64,000 nt of DNA from a virus (Duplodnaviria; Caudoviricetes), in the IMG/VR virus record IMGVR_UViG_3300031555_003626, positions 32,001-96,000 of that record; one strand, 5' to 3'. Positions 17,119 to 26,486 of the stretch are shown here, piece by piece. Every line of letters begins with the position of its first letter. The first letter of the stretch is position 1. The notes below the pieces were generated by a model that was given only the letters and a program-made list of their open reading frames with translations, searched no databases and was not told the origin of the DNA. The position numbers were made by a program, and so were the translations under genes.

Positions 17119-19191
17119 TTGATGATGTCAAACGAAATAGATTTAAAAATACTTGACAGTTTATCTCCAGAAGAACGAGTACTTGCGCTAGAAATACTGA
17201 AAGAATACTCCCAAGAAGGATTTTCTGAGTTGTTGGAAGAATTAAAGTATTCCGACTTTGAAGAGATTCCCGTAGATATAATGACATTTATTTCTGATGA
17301 ACGATATTTAGGCCGAGGCCTTTATATCAAAGATGAATTCACGGGAGAACGTAAATGCACAGTTTTCCCATACTGGATAGAGAAACTAAAAGAAATTTTT
17401 CCAGACAATATTACAACTCGATATAACACAGTAATTCTTACTGGTTCTATCGGTCTTGGTAAATCTTTTATTGCTGTTGTTTGTCAGTTATATTTACTAT
17501 ATCGCATGTTGTGTTTAAAAGACCCATACACCTATTATGGCTTACAGCCTATCGATAAAATTACATTCTCTATGTTAAACGTAACATTGGAAGCTGCCCA
17601 AGGTGTTGGTTGGGACAAGATGCAGCAGTTGCTACAGAGCTCTGACTGGTTCATGGAACGTGGAAATATGAATGCCAGCAGAACAAACCCACAATGGCAA
17701 CCTCCAAAAGGTATTGAGCTTGTATTTGGTTCTAGTAATAGACACGTAGTTGGTCGTGCACTATTTTCTAACTTCTCAGATGAAGTTAACTTTGGTGTCG
17801 GTAATAACGTAGAGAAACAAAAAGCAAAGCTTAAGAAAATGATTTCTCAGATCGATGCCCGTATGATTTCTCGTTTTGGTAAAGGCACATATCTTCCAAC
17901 TATGAATATAATAGCTTCCTCAAAAGATTCTGAACAAGCATTTATGGAATCTTATATTGAGATGAAGCGTCAAAACGAAAGTAAAACTACTCTCATTGTT
18001 GATGAGCCTCAGTGGGTTGTTAGGAATGATAAAGGTTCACCTGATGACCCTGGAAGCTTTTATGTTGCCGTCGGAAATAAGTTCCTAGCGCACGAACTAC
18101 TTCCAGTCGGAGCGACCGAAGAAGAAGTAAATGCTTATAGAGAAAAAGGTTACTTCATGTTAAAAGTTCCTCCAATTTATCGAGAAGCTTTTGAAGATAA
18201 CATAGACCTGGCTCTAACGGATAATGCGGGCATTTCTACTTCTAACTCTACTAAATATATCTCAGGTATTAGACTTAATCAAATAAAAACAGATGAATAC
18301 AAAAATCCATTCATTAAAGATATTATTGAAGTCGGTAATGCACCAGACGATATAGTACAATATTCTAATTTCTTTGATATATCTCAAATTAACCCGAGAG
18401 ATCTAGCTCGCCCTTTGTTTATTCATCTAGATATGTCGCTCTCAGGAGACAAAACTGGTATTGCAGGTACTTGGATTACAGGTAAGCGTCCAGGCGTTGT
18501 AGGCGAAGAAAACACAGGAAGAGAATTAGACTTTAAGGCGGCATTTTCCGTATCAGTAAAAGCACCAAAAGGCTATCAAGTAAGTTTTGAAAAAACCAGA
18601 AATTTCATAAGATGGCTTCGTGATAGAGGCTTTGCTATAAAATGCGTAAGCATGGATACTTATCAGTCGGCTAATATGGCACAATCACTCACTGCTGATG
18701 GATTTAAAACACAGATCCTCTCGGTAGACCGAGTTGACACTATTGGCACTGAAAACGGACGACCTGCTAGAGTGTGTAAGCCATATGCTTTCTTTAAAAC
18801 AGCTATCTACGAGCGACATTTAACACTATATCGCAGATGTGACCTACTGACAGAAGAAATAACTAATCTAGAAAGATTATCTGATGGGCATGTGGACCAC
18901 CCGAAAAGTGGAAGTAAAGACCAAGCAGACGCATTATGTGGTTCACTTTATACCGCAAGTCAGTTTGCAGAAGAATATTCTTATGATTATGGCGAGAATT
19001 TAGGGACTGCCTTAGATGTTAATGCTGAGGCGTCAGATGAATATAGAAAGCATCAAATAATAGCAGAATTTCAAGAAGAGCTTACTAAAATTTATTGGGA
19101 TACGCAAGTAGCCGACGAAGCTATAAATTATCAGAAAAAACAAGAATATGAATCATACCAAGAAATTATGAACGGTATAATAATTTTATGA
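17119..19191 (+). CDS. terL: terminase large subunit
   Basis: Walker A GSIGLGKS, Walker B FSDE, nuclease HLDMS and DHP...KDQADALCG; directly upstream of the portal. Confidence 0.9.
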   Translation: MMMSNEIDLKILDSLSPEERVLALEILKEYSQEGFSELLEELKYSDFEEIPVDIMTFISDERYLGRGLYIKDEFTGERKCTVFPYWIEKLKEIFPDNITTRYNTVILTGSIGLGKSFIAVVCQLYLLYRMLCLKDPYTYYGLQPIDKITFSMLNVTLEAAQGVGWDKMQQLLQSSDWFMERGNMNASRTNPQWQPPKGIELVFGSSNRHVVGRALFSNFSDEVNFGVGNNVEKQKAKLKKMISQIDARMISRFGKGTYLPTMNIIASSKDSEQAFMESYIEMKRQNESKTTLIVDEPQWVVRNDKGSPDDPGSFYVAVGNKFLAHELLPVGATEEEVNAYREKGYFMLKVPPIYREAFEDNIDLALTDNAGISTSNSTKYISGIRLNQIKTDEYKNPFIKDIIEVGNAPDDIVQYSNFFDISQINPRDLARPLFIHLDMSLSGDKTGIAGTWITGKRPGVVGEENTGRELDFKAAFSVSVKAPKGYQVSFEKTRNFIRWLRDRGFAIKCVSMDTYQSANMAQSLTADGFKTQILSVDRVDTIGTENGRPARVCKPYAFFKTAIYERHLTLYRRCDLLTEEITNLERLSDGHVDHPKSGSKDQADALCGSLYTASQFAEEYSYDYGENLGTALDVNAEASDEYRKHQIIAEFQEELTKIYWDTQVADEAINYQKKQEYESYQEIMNGIIIL

Positions 19192-19214
19192 TTTTATAAA
19201 GGAGACCATAGATT

Positions 19215-21173
19215 ATGGCAGAAGAAAATAAGTACGTTAAACCCAAGCAGGCCCCTAGTACCTTAATAGGAAGTCAAACACAGCCAATAACGCTTGATAA
19301 TACTACTACTCTTGATATAGATACTAAAAAAATATTAATTGATAATATCATAGAGGCTGGGCTAAGCAGCCAGCTAGATATTGCCAAATTAGAAAATTTT
19401 ACAAGTATATCTAACTCTCGCGACCAAATATATCAACTTATCGACACTATGGCGCAAGATTCAGCCGTTTCAGCAATACTTAAAACCTATGCAGAGAATG
19501 CCTGTGAGCCTGCAGATAATGGCCACGTTATCTGGTGCGAGTCTACTGACCCAAATACAAGTAAATTTATCAATTACATACTTAATGTTATGAATGCCGA
19601 TAAAAATATGTATGGCTGGGCGTACAGTATCTGCAAATATGGTGATATATATTTAAGGCTATTCAGAGAATCAGACTACGCCGATGATTTATTTAAAGCT
19701 GATAATGTAGATATGGTTAATTCTACACGAGGTCGGCTAAACGAAGACTACGCAAGTGAAGAAAAGCTAGATGAGGCGGTTAAACTACGCCTACATGCTA
19801 ATCATGACCCATACAGCTTCTATGTGGAGCAGGTAGATGACCCAGGCACAATGTTCGAACTAGGTAAATTCGGTAAAACTTATGGTTATGTAGAAACACC
19901 TAATGAAGACATAGGCCTTGATGCAACTTCTACTTTATTTGGCGGGCAGTCTATGACTGGCACATATAACTTTAAAATGAAGTCTGCTGACGTTATTGTT
20001 TGGCAAGCAGACGATTTTGTACACGGCTGTCTCGAAGATAACTTCACAAGATATCCCGAAACTGTTGAGTTATTTATAGACCCTGAGGGCACCAAGAGTC
20101 AGATTTATAAAGTTAGAAGAGGTAAATCTCTTTTATACGACAACTATAAAGTTTGGCGAGAAAGGTCACTACTCGAACAGGCAGCGCTTCTAAACAGAAT
20201 TACTCGCTCAAGTATTGTTCGTAAGGTAGGTGTCGAAGTTGGTGACATGCCAAAAGAGCAAGTAAAGCAGACTTTACACAGAGTAAAAGAGATGATGGAG
20301 CAAAAAAGTGCGCTCAATACCGGAACTTCCATGAACGAGTACAATAACCCCGGACCTATTGAAAATAATATCTACTTTGCTACTCATGAAGGTAAAGGCA
20401 ATATTACTGTAGAGGCTGTAGGCGGTGATGTTGATGTAAAAAATCTTGCTGACCTTGACTATTGGAATAATAAGTTTTATTCCGCATATGGTGTGCCCAA
20501 ACAGTATTATGGATGGACAGACGATGCAGCAGGATTTAATGGAGGCTCGTCTCTAGCAATTATATCAAGTGAGTTTGCTAAAGGCGTCAAAAGAGTTCAA
20601 AACGCGCTTATTCAAATGGTTACCGATGCAATTAATCTATTTCTATTAAATAGAGGTCTTAAAAGCTATCTAAATAACTTCACGCTTAAAATGAAGGCGC
20701 CGCTGACACAAGAAGAGATTGACTATAGGTCTGACCTATCTAATAAAATTAACGCTATAAGTAGCATTCAAGGTTTGTTTACTGATATTGAAGATAAGGC
20801 TCGTCGCCTAAGGATTCTTAAGACATTGCTCGGTGGACTCAATTATGGTGATAGCATCTTTACCGAGATTGACGCAGAAATAAAAGCGATAGAAGAAGCT
20901 GAAGCAAAGGCTGCAGAAGAAGCAGCACTCGAAGGAACTGACGTCACCGCTACAGAAACCCCAAGTGAGCCTGCAGATGAAACCAATGATACTGAAGACC
21001 TAGACCTTGGTACACTCGCAGACCTTGAGTCATTTAACACAAACGGTGGCAGTGAGTTCTTAACAGAAGATCAAGAAGTTTTAAACACTGAAGTATCAAC
21101 AATCTTGACAGAAGACGACCTTCCTTCTCCTGTTGAATTAGATGCAGAAAAAGATTTTTCAGAAAATAATTGA
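19215..21173 (+). CDS. portal protein (T4 gp20-like)
   Basis: LEQAALLNRITRS...VEVGDMP and DLDYWNNKFYSAYGVPK motifs; synteny. Confidence 0.88.
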   Translation: MAEENKYVKPKQAPSTLIGSQTQPITLDNTTTLDIDTKKILIDNIIEAGLSSQLDIAKLENFTSISNSRDQIYQLIDTMAQDSAVSAILKTYAENACEPADNGHVIWCESTDPNTSKFINYILNVMNADKNMYGWAYSICKYGDIYLRLFRESDYADDLFKADNVDMVNSTRGRLNEDYASEEKLDEAVKLRLHANHDPYSFYVEQVDDPGTMFELGKFGKTYGYVETPNEDIGLDATSTLFGGQSMTGTYNFKMKSADVIVWQADDFVHGCLEDNFTRYPETVELFIDPEGTKSQIYKVRRGKSLLYDNYKVWRERSLLEQAALLNRITRSSIVRKVGVEVGDMPKEQVKQTLHRVKEMMEQKSALNTGTSMNEYNNPGPIENNIYFATHEGKGNITVEAVGGDVDVKNLADLDYWNNKFYSAYGVPKQYYGWTDDAAGFNGGSSLAIISSEFAKGVKRVQNALIQMVTDAINLFLLNRGLKSYLNNFTLKMKAPLTQEEIDYRSDLSNKINAISSIQGLFTDIEDKARRLRILKTLLGGLNYGDSIFTEIDAEIKAIEEAEAKAAEEAALEGTDVTATETPSEPADETNDTEDLDLGTLADLESFNTNGGSEFLTEDQEVLNTEVSTILTEDDLPSPVELDAEKDFSENN

Positions 21174-21199
21174 TAGTTAATTTTGAAAGGTAAAACAAA

Positions 21200-21673
21200 A
21201 TGATAAATAAATCAGACTTAATGACAGTTTTGGTCGCACTTGAAGACAGAGGTTTAGATATTAACCCTATAATGAAAAAGCTTATCACTTCAAAAGAAGT
21301 CTCTCACGAAGTATTAAAGTTTATTCTGGATAATAAAGGCATTGAGGTAGCCAATTTCTACGAAATGCTTAGAAAAAAGCACAACGATAAGAAATCGCCC
21401 TTATATCATAATATTGTAAAAGAAGTTTCAGACCCCGAAGAAGTTATTACTACCCTAGCTTGCTTACTAGTACAAATTACTTTATATAGTAAGAAGCTTC
21501 CCACGAACAAAGAAATCTTTCAGCGTGAAGTACGAGCTGAAGAAATTACTAGGGTGCTTAATAGCTACTATGCTACCGGGCTCATGGATCAGTGTCTAGC
21601 GCTTCTTAAGCTAATTAAAACCGATTTACTTGTGCTTGAGCACATCAGCGGTCGTAGAGAAGCTTTAGTATAA
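21200..21673 (+). CDS. hypothetical protein
   Basis: GAAAGG RBS; within the head module. Confidence 0.7.
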   Translation: MINKSDLMTVLVALEDRGLDINPIMKKLITSKEVSHEVLKFILDNKGIEVANFYEMLRKKHNDKKSPLYHNIVKEVSDPEEVITTLACLLVQITLYSKKLPTNKEIFQREVRAEEITRVLNSYYATGLMDQCLALLKLIKTDLLVLEHISGRREALV

Positions 21674-21685
21674 AATATACTTTAG

Positions 21686-21725
21686 ATTAAACTGTGGTTT
21701 TATTAGACCACGGTTTAATTTTTTT
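21686..21725 (+). terminator. intrinsic terminator
   Basis: ATTAAACTGTGGT/ACCACGGTTTAAT stem plus T run. Confidence 0.75.
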
Positions 21726-21773
21726 ATTTTTATAACTGCAACGCAATAAACTTTAACTGCTAAAAAATAATTA

Positions 21774-21782
21774 GCTAAATTA
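21774..21782 (+). promoter_or_regulatory. putative late promoter GCTAAATTA
   Basis: Recurrent motif. Confidence 0.6.
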
Positions 21783-21845
21783 TTTGATTAGACAACAGTC
21801 TAAAATACAAAATCGATTTATTACAAAACTAAGGAGATAACTATA

Positions 21846-22181
21846 ATGGAACTAAAAAATGGTTATAAGGTAATTTATGACAAGGCTGTTAATGGTGAGC
21901 ACATTTTCTATGCTTCTAAGACTGGCGCTTTTGCAGATGCAGAGGAAATTTTAAGAGCTACCGCTGGCGAGTATAAGCTTATTTATGAGAAGGCTGGCAA
22001 GTTCTACGGAAGTAAGACAGGTATTCCTGCTGAAGGTGACTTCTGCTTTGCAGGTTTTGATAAAGTATTCGTTGAAACTGAAGTTGACGCTGGCAGTGAG
22101 CCTGAGGCTGTAAATGAAGAGCCGGTAGTAGAAGAGCCTGTTGTTGACGACGAAACTCCTGTAGAAGATCCTGCTGAATAA
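21846..22181 (+). CDS. small protein with internal duplication
   Basis: YKVIYDKA...FYASKTG and YKLIYEKA..FYGSKTG; acidic tail. Confidence 0.7.
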   Translation: MELKNGYKVIYDKAVNGEHIFYASKTGAFADAEEILRATAGEYKLIYEKAGKFYGSKTGIPAEGDFCFAGFDKVFVETEVDAGSEPEAVNEEPVVEEPVVDDETPVEDPAE

Positions 22182-22206
22182 TTTTTAATAAGTTGATAAA
22201 TTATTA

Positions 22207-22215
22207 GCTAAATTA
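22207..22215 (+). promoter_or_regulatory. putative late promoter GCTAAATTA
   Basis: Upstream of protease and capsid genes. Confidence 0.65.
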
Positions 22216-22261
22216 TTTAGATTAAAAACTTCTATGAAAAGGAGGCTAAGTAAAAATAAAA

Positions 22262-24160
22262 ATGACTAAAAGTAATGAAATACTAGAGGCATTAAAAATG
22301 CAGCCTCTTACAGAAGAAGAAAAGGCTAGTCGTCATATTTTAGGTAGATGGTACGGTCCTATTGCAACCTGTAACGAGAGTACTCGTAACGGTAGACGTT
22401 ATAATAGAGAGCTTTGGGAAAAAGCATTAAATGATGAGCTCTTCCACGAGAAAATTGCTAATAAATGCTTGTTCCTTGAACTTGGCCACCCACAGGATAG
22501 AGAAGAGACGGATATGTCTAAGGTATGTGCCTGTATTCCTGAAATGCCTAAGATTATTGATGGCGACCTTTGTGCTTGCGTTGATATTCTAGATACACCA
22601 AATGGTAGAATTCTGAAAACACTTTGTGATTATGGATTTGTTCCCGGTGTTTCTTCCAGAGGTTCTGGTGATGTAATGCCAAATAACGACGTTGATCCTG
22701 ATACCTTCTATCTAGAGACCTTCGATTGCGTTGCAATTCCAGCAGTAAAAAGAGCTAGAGGCGTAATGTGTGAATCTTTAGATAAAAACGCAGTTAATCT
22801 TAAAAAGGCTCTTACTGAGTCTATAAATAAGGCCAGTGAAGAGGATAAAGCAATTATGAAAGAAACTCTTGAAAACTTAGCTATCGATATTGAAACTTCT
22901 GAGGAAGCTAAGGAAGAACTTGTTGAAAAGAGACTATCTGTGGACGAGATTCCCTGGGACCCTGAAGAAGACCCTAATCTTTTAACTGAAGACGCTGAGG
23001 CCGAGGATGAGGAAGAAACCTCTGATGAGATAGAAGCCGAGTCCGAAGACACCACAGAATCAGAAGTTATCGAAGAGGTTCCTGAAGAAGCTACTGAAGA
23101 ACCAGAAGAGGTTATTGTAGATGTTGATAGTGCTGAAGAAGTTACAGTAAATACTGTTGCTGACGCTATCGAGCAGCTACAAGAGTACGATGATAATACA
23201 GAAGTGCAGTTTGAACCCATTGAAATAGATGGTAAGGAATATAATATCGACAAACTTGAAACTTTTGTAGACGAAGACGCTAATATCTTAGTAGTAGGTG
23301 TTAACTGTGAAGAAGCTGAAATAAGTTCAGATGACACAGATTCAAATATAGAAGCTCAATCTGAAGACGAAGAAATTTCTGTTGAAAATTCTGATGAGCC
23401 CGAAGATACTGATCAGTCAGCCGAAGATGCCGGAGATGAAGAAGTAATCGAAAGCTTAAAAGAAATGATTAGACAGAAAGAAGCTTTGGAAACCGAAATT
23501 AGTGATTTGCGTAAAGCTAAATCAGTTGGCGATGCCAAAGAAAAGGAATTACAAGAAAAACTAAATAGGTACAGAACTGCATTTAGAACAACTAGTGCGG
23601 AAGCCGCGAAAGTTCCTGAGCTGCAATCTAAAGTAAAAGAGCTAACCGAGCAATTAACACAAGCTCAAAACAATGTAAAAGCATTAAATGAAAAAGTTAA
23701 CAAGGCACAACAGCTAAAAGAGAGCATTGAAGGTAATAAGGCTAACGAAAGACGCTTGAATGAAGAAGTGTCTAGACTTACCAAGAGATCTGAAGCTCTT
23801 GAAGCTAAACTTGAAGGTCAAACAAAGCAGTATACTGAAAAGCTTGAAGAAAGAACAAATTTAGCTAAGAAGTATAAAGCTCGCTTTATTGAAACTCTTA
23901 CTAAATACATTGAGTCTAAAGCAAGTATGCTTGGTGTTAAACCTTCTGAAATCACAAGCCGCCTCAATGAAAGCTATACTCTTGCAGATGTTGATGCTGT
24001 TTGTAACAAAATTCTTGATTCTACTAATACGTTTAGTAGACTTCCATTCAGCGGAAGGACTAAGGTCTCTGCTCGTATAACAGAGTCTGTTTCAAATAAG
24101 ACTTCTGAATACGAAGATGACGACCTTTCCAGCCTTTATGAGCTCGCTGGATTGAAGTAA
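22262..24160 (+). CDS. prohead protease (T4 gp21-like) fused to acidic linker and coiled-coil scaffold
   Basis: NGRRY, ELGHP, TPNGRIL, GVSSRGSG and FDCVAIPA, followed by a long coiled coil. Confidence 0.88.
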   Translation: MTKSNEILEALKMQPLTEEEKASRHILGRWYGPIATCNESTRNGRRYNRELWEKALNDELFHEKIANKCLFLELGHPQDREETDMSKVCACIPEMPKIIDGDLCACVDILDTPNGRILKTLCDYGFVPGVSSRGSGDVMPNNDVDPDTFYLETFDCVAIPAVKRARGVMCESLDKNAVNLKKALTESINKASEEDKAIMKETLENLAIDIETSEEAKEELVEKRLSVDEIPWDPEEDPNLLTEDAEAEDEEETSDEIEAESEDTTESEVIEEVPEEATEEPEEVIVDVDSAEEVTVNTVADAIEQLQEYDDNTEVQFEPIEIDGKEYNIDKLETFVDEDANILVVGVNCEEAEISSDDTDSNIEAQSEDEEISVENSDEPEDTDQSAEDAGDEEVIESLKEMIRQKEALETEISDLRKAKSVGDAKEKELQEKLNRYRTAFRTTSAEAAKVPELQSKVKELTEQLTQAQNNVKALNEKVNKAQQLKESIEGNKANERRLNEEVSRLTKRSEALEAKLEGQTKQYTEKLEERTNLAKKYKARFIETLTKYIESKASMLGVKPSEITSRLNESYTLADVDAVCNKILDSTNTFSRLPFSGRTKVSARITESVSNKTSEYEDDDLSSLYELAGLK

Positions 24161-24221
24161 TAAACTATAAGCTCAAAAAAACAAAATTTTAAATAAAAAT
24201 TAAATTAAAAGAGGTAAAATT

Positions 24222-25547
24222 ATGAGACAAAATCTTCTTGAAACATATAGCCGTCAGCTTAAGGTTGCTGAGGCTTATGTAGCTAAAAACTTTGAAGGTA
24301 AGACCATGTCTAGCAACACCGCTCTTACTACTGCTGTTCTTCTTGACAACACTAACCGTTGGCTCACCGAGTCTATGGACATCGGCGCTCTTGGCAACGC
24401 TACTGATCGTTCCAGCCTTGGCGCTTGGAAGAAGTTCTGCCTTAACCTTACTAACATTGCAGTTCCTTCCCTTATTGCTAACGATCTTGTAATCGTTCAT
24501 CCTATGACTTCTTACTCTGGTTCCGTTGCATACCTTAAGTATGTAGCTCTTGATGAGAAGAAGATCGGTGGTAACACTGAACTCAACAGCGTGTTCGGCC
24601 TTGGTCAGATGGACGACATGCGTATGAGCTACACCTCTCAAGTTGTTGTTGAGACTCTTGATGAGACTGCTGCTCTTTCCTTCACAGCTGACGAAATTGT
24701 TACTGATGGCTTCAAGTACTTTGACAAGGCTACTAATACCGCTAAGACTGCTACCTACAAGGTAAACGGTGAGTACGTTGAGGGCGCTTACACTCCTAAG
24801 GCTGGTGACAGAGTTGCTTACAAGGTAGCTGACTACCAGATGGAGAAAGTTCCTGCAACTAAGATTCCTACTATCGGTCCTAAGATGGAGCACATTCCTC
24901 TTGTAGCTGAGCCTCGTAGAATCGCTGTTCGTTATGACCAGATCACTGCTTTCCAGGCTAAGACTGACTACGGCTTCTCTCTTGACAAGCAGATCGCTGA
25001 GCAGGCTTGCGGCGAGCTTGCATACGAAATCGACACCGAGATCGTAGACATGCTTTACACTGCTGCTTTTGCACAGAAAGAAAAGCTTGCTGACTGGTCT
25101 AAGACTCTTCCTGCAGGCGTTTCTAAGTTCGAGCACTACAATGGCTTCCTTGAGGTTGTTGAAATGGCTAAGGCTATCATCTACAATAGAACTAAGAAGT
25201 TCCACCCCAACTACATGGTAATCGCTTCTGACGTTCTTCCTGTTCTTCGTTTCGTTAACGGCTTCACTGCAGTTAAGAACGCTAAGATGAATGGTCCTTA
25301 CAAGGTTGGTGAGCTTGACGGTCTTGCAGTTTATGTATCTCCTATGCTCAAGAGCGGTGAGTTCTTCCTTGGTCTCAACGGTAACGATATGATGTCTTCT
25401 GCTGGTGTTTACGCACCTTACATGGCAATCGTTCCTACTCAGCTTCTTGGTACTCCTGATGGTGGTCTTGCACAAGGCTTCAGCACCTGGTATGCTAAGG
25501 CACTCCTTAACGAGAACCTCCTTGTTGCTGGTCGCATCGTTGACTAA
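24222..25547 (+). CDS. major capsid protein (T4 gp23-like)
   Basis: LIANDLVIVHPMT..SG, LAYEIDTEI and GVYAPY; strong codon bias; position after the protease. Confidence 0.92.
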   Translation: MRQNLLETYSRQLKVAEAYVAKNFEGKTMSSNTALTTAVLLDNTNRWLTESMDIGALGNATDRSSLGAWKKFCLNLTNIAVPSLIANDLVIVHPMTSYSGSVAYLKYVALDEKKIGGNTELNSVFGLGQMDDMRMSYTSQVVVETLDETAALSFTADEIVTDGFKYFDKATNTAKTATYKVNGEYVEGAYTPKAGDRVAYKVADYQMEKVPATKIPTIGPKMEHIPLVAEPRRIAVRYDQITAFQAKTDYGFSLDKQIAEQACGELAYEIDTEIVDMLYTAAFAQKEKLADWSKTLPAGVSKFEHYNGFLEVVEMAKAIIYNRTKKFHPNYMVIASDVLPVLRFVNGFTAVKNAKMNGPYKVGELDGLAVYVSPMLKSGEFFLGLNGNDMMSSAGVYAPYMAIVPTQLLGTPDGGLAQGFSTWYAKALLNENLLVAGRIVD

Positions 25548-25566
25548 TTAATAATCACTTAGGTTT

Positions 25567-25599
25567 AAAATAAAGGTCCCTTCTGGGACCTTTATTTTT
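25567..25599 (+). terminator. intrinsic terminator after capsid gene
   Basis: AAATAAAGGTCCC-TTCT-GGGACCTTTATTT. Confidence 0.85.
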
Positions 25600-25696
25600 C
25601 TTAGTTGTAAATACAATTTTTAAGATAGAAGTAAAAATTTAAAATAATACATTTACAAAGGGATTATTCTATTTTAGGATAGTCTCTTTTTTATTT

Positions 25697-25705
25697 GCTA
25701 AATTA
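25697..25705 (+). promoter_or_regulatory. putative late promoter GCTAAATTA
   Basis: Recurrent motif. Confidence 0.6.
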
Positions 25706-25734
25706 TTTAGTAATAAAGACAAGGAGGAATAACC

Positions 25735-26457
25735 TTGAAATTAGATGAAGTAATTGATGAGGTCCGCCTCGAGCTTACTGGTTACGTGTTAGATATGGAA
25801 ATAGCAGATGAGACTATTGTTTCTGTTATTAAAAAAGCTCTTAGAGAGCTTACTAGATACTGGGATGAGTCAACATTAATTACAGCGCCTTTCGCAAGCT
25901 GTATAAGCCTTGATGGTGAGTTTTTTAAAGAAGAAGTTAGCTCTATCGTTAATATATATCGAACAGAAGGTTTTGGAGATTCGTCCGATGGGCTTTCAGT
26001 TATGAACGATCCAGTTCAAATGGCCCAGTTTGCTATTTTTAGCAACGGAGGCACGATGTACAATCTTCAAGACTACGTTATGAATTACGCTTCTTGGATG
26101 ACCATGTATCAAATAAAAAATACTATATCTACTGATCTTTCTTTTAGAGAAGACAGACACGATAATAAGTTATACATTAGTTGTGGAAACTCCACACCGA
26201 GAATGATTACTATTGAGTACATTCCGAAGCTAAAATCTGTTGAAGATATTAAAAGTGATTACTGGATTGATATCTTAATAAGACTATGTGTCGCCATGAC
26301 AAAAGTTGTTTTAGGAAGAATCCGTACACGCTTTACGCAAAGTAATGCGCTCTGGACTCAAGATGGTGATAAAATTTTGGAAGAGGGTAACACCGAATTA
26401 AAAGAACTTCGTGAAATACTTAGAGTCAATAGTAATTTAATTATTCTTCATGATTAA
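25735..26457 (+). CDS. head-tail adaptor/neck protein (gp13-like)
   Basis: C-terminal TKVVLGRIRTRF...DGDKILEEG..ELKEL; synteny; TTG start with GGAGG RBS. Confidence 0.65.
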   Translation: MKLDEVIDEVRLELTGYVLDMEIADETIVSVIKKALRELTRYWDESTLITAPFASCISLDGEFFKEEVSSIVNIYRTEGFGDSSDGLSVMNDPVQMAQFAIFSNGGTMYNLQDYVMNYASWMTMYQIKNTISTDLSFREDRHDNKLYISCGNSTPRMITIEYIPKLKSVEDIKSDYWIDILIRLCVAMTKVVLGRIRTRFTQSNALWTQDGDKILEEGNTELKELREILRVNSNLIILHD

Positions 26458-26486
26458 TGAAATTTAAAAGGAGATTTAACATAAAA

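Noticed and set aside
22708-23337. Ser-rich minus-strand ORFs here and at 35341, 32089 and 63226
   Set aside because: Reverse-complement artefacts of Glu/Ala-rich + strand genes.
24189-25475. 428-aa minus-strand ORF
   Set aside because: Antisense shadow of the codon-biased capsid gene; no RBS or motif support.
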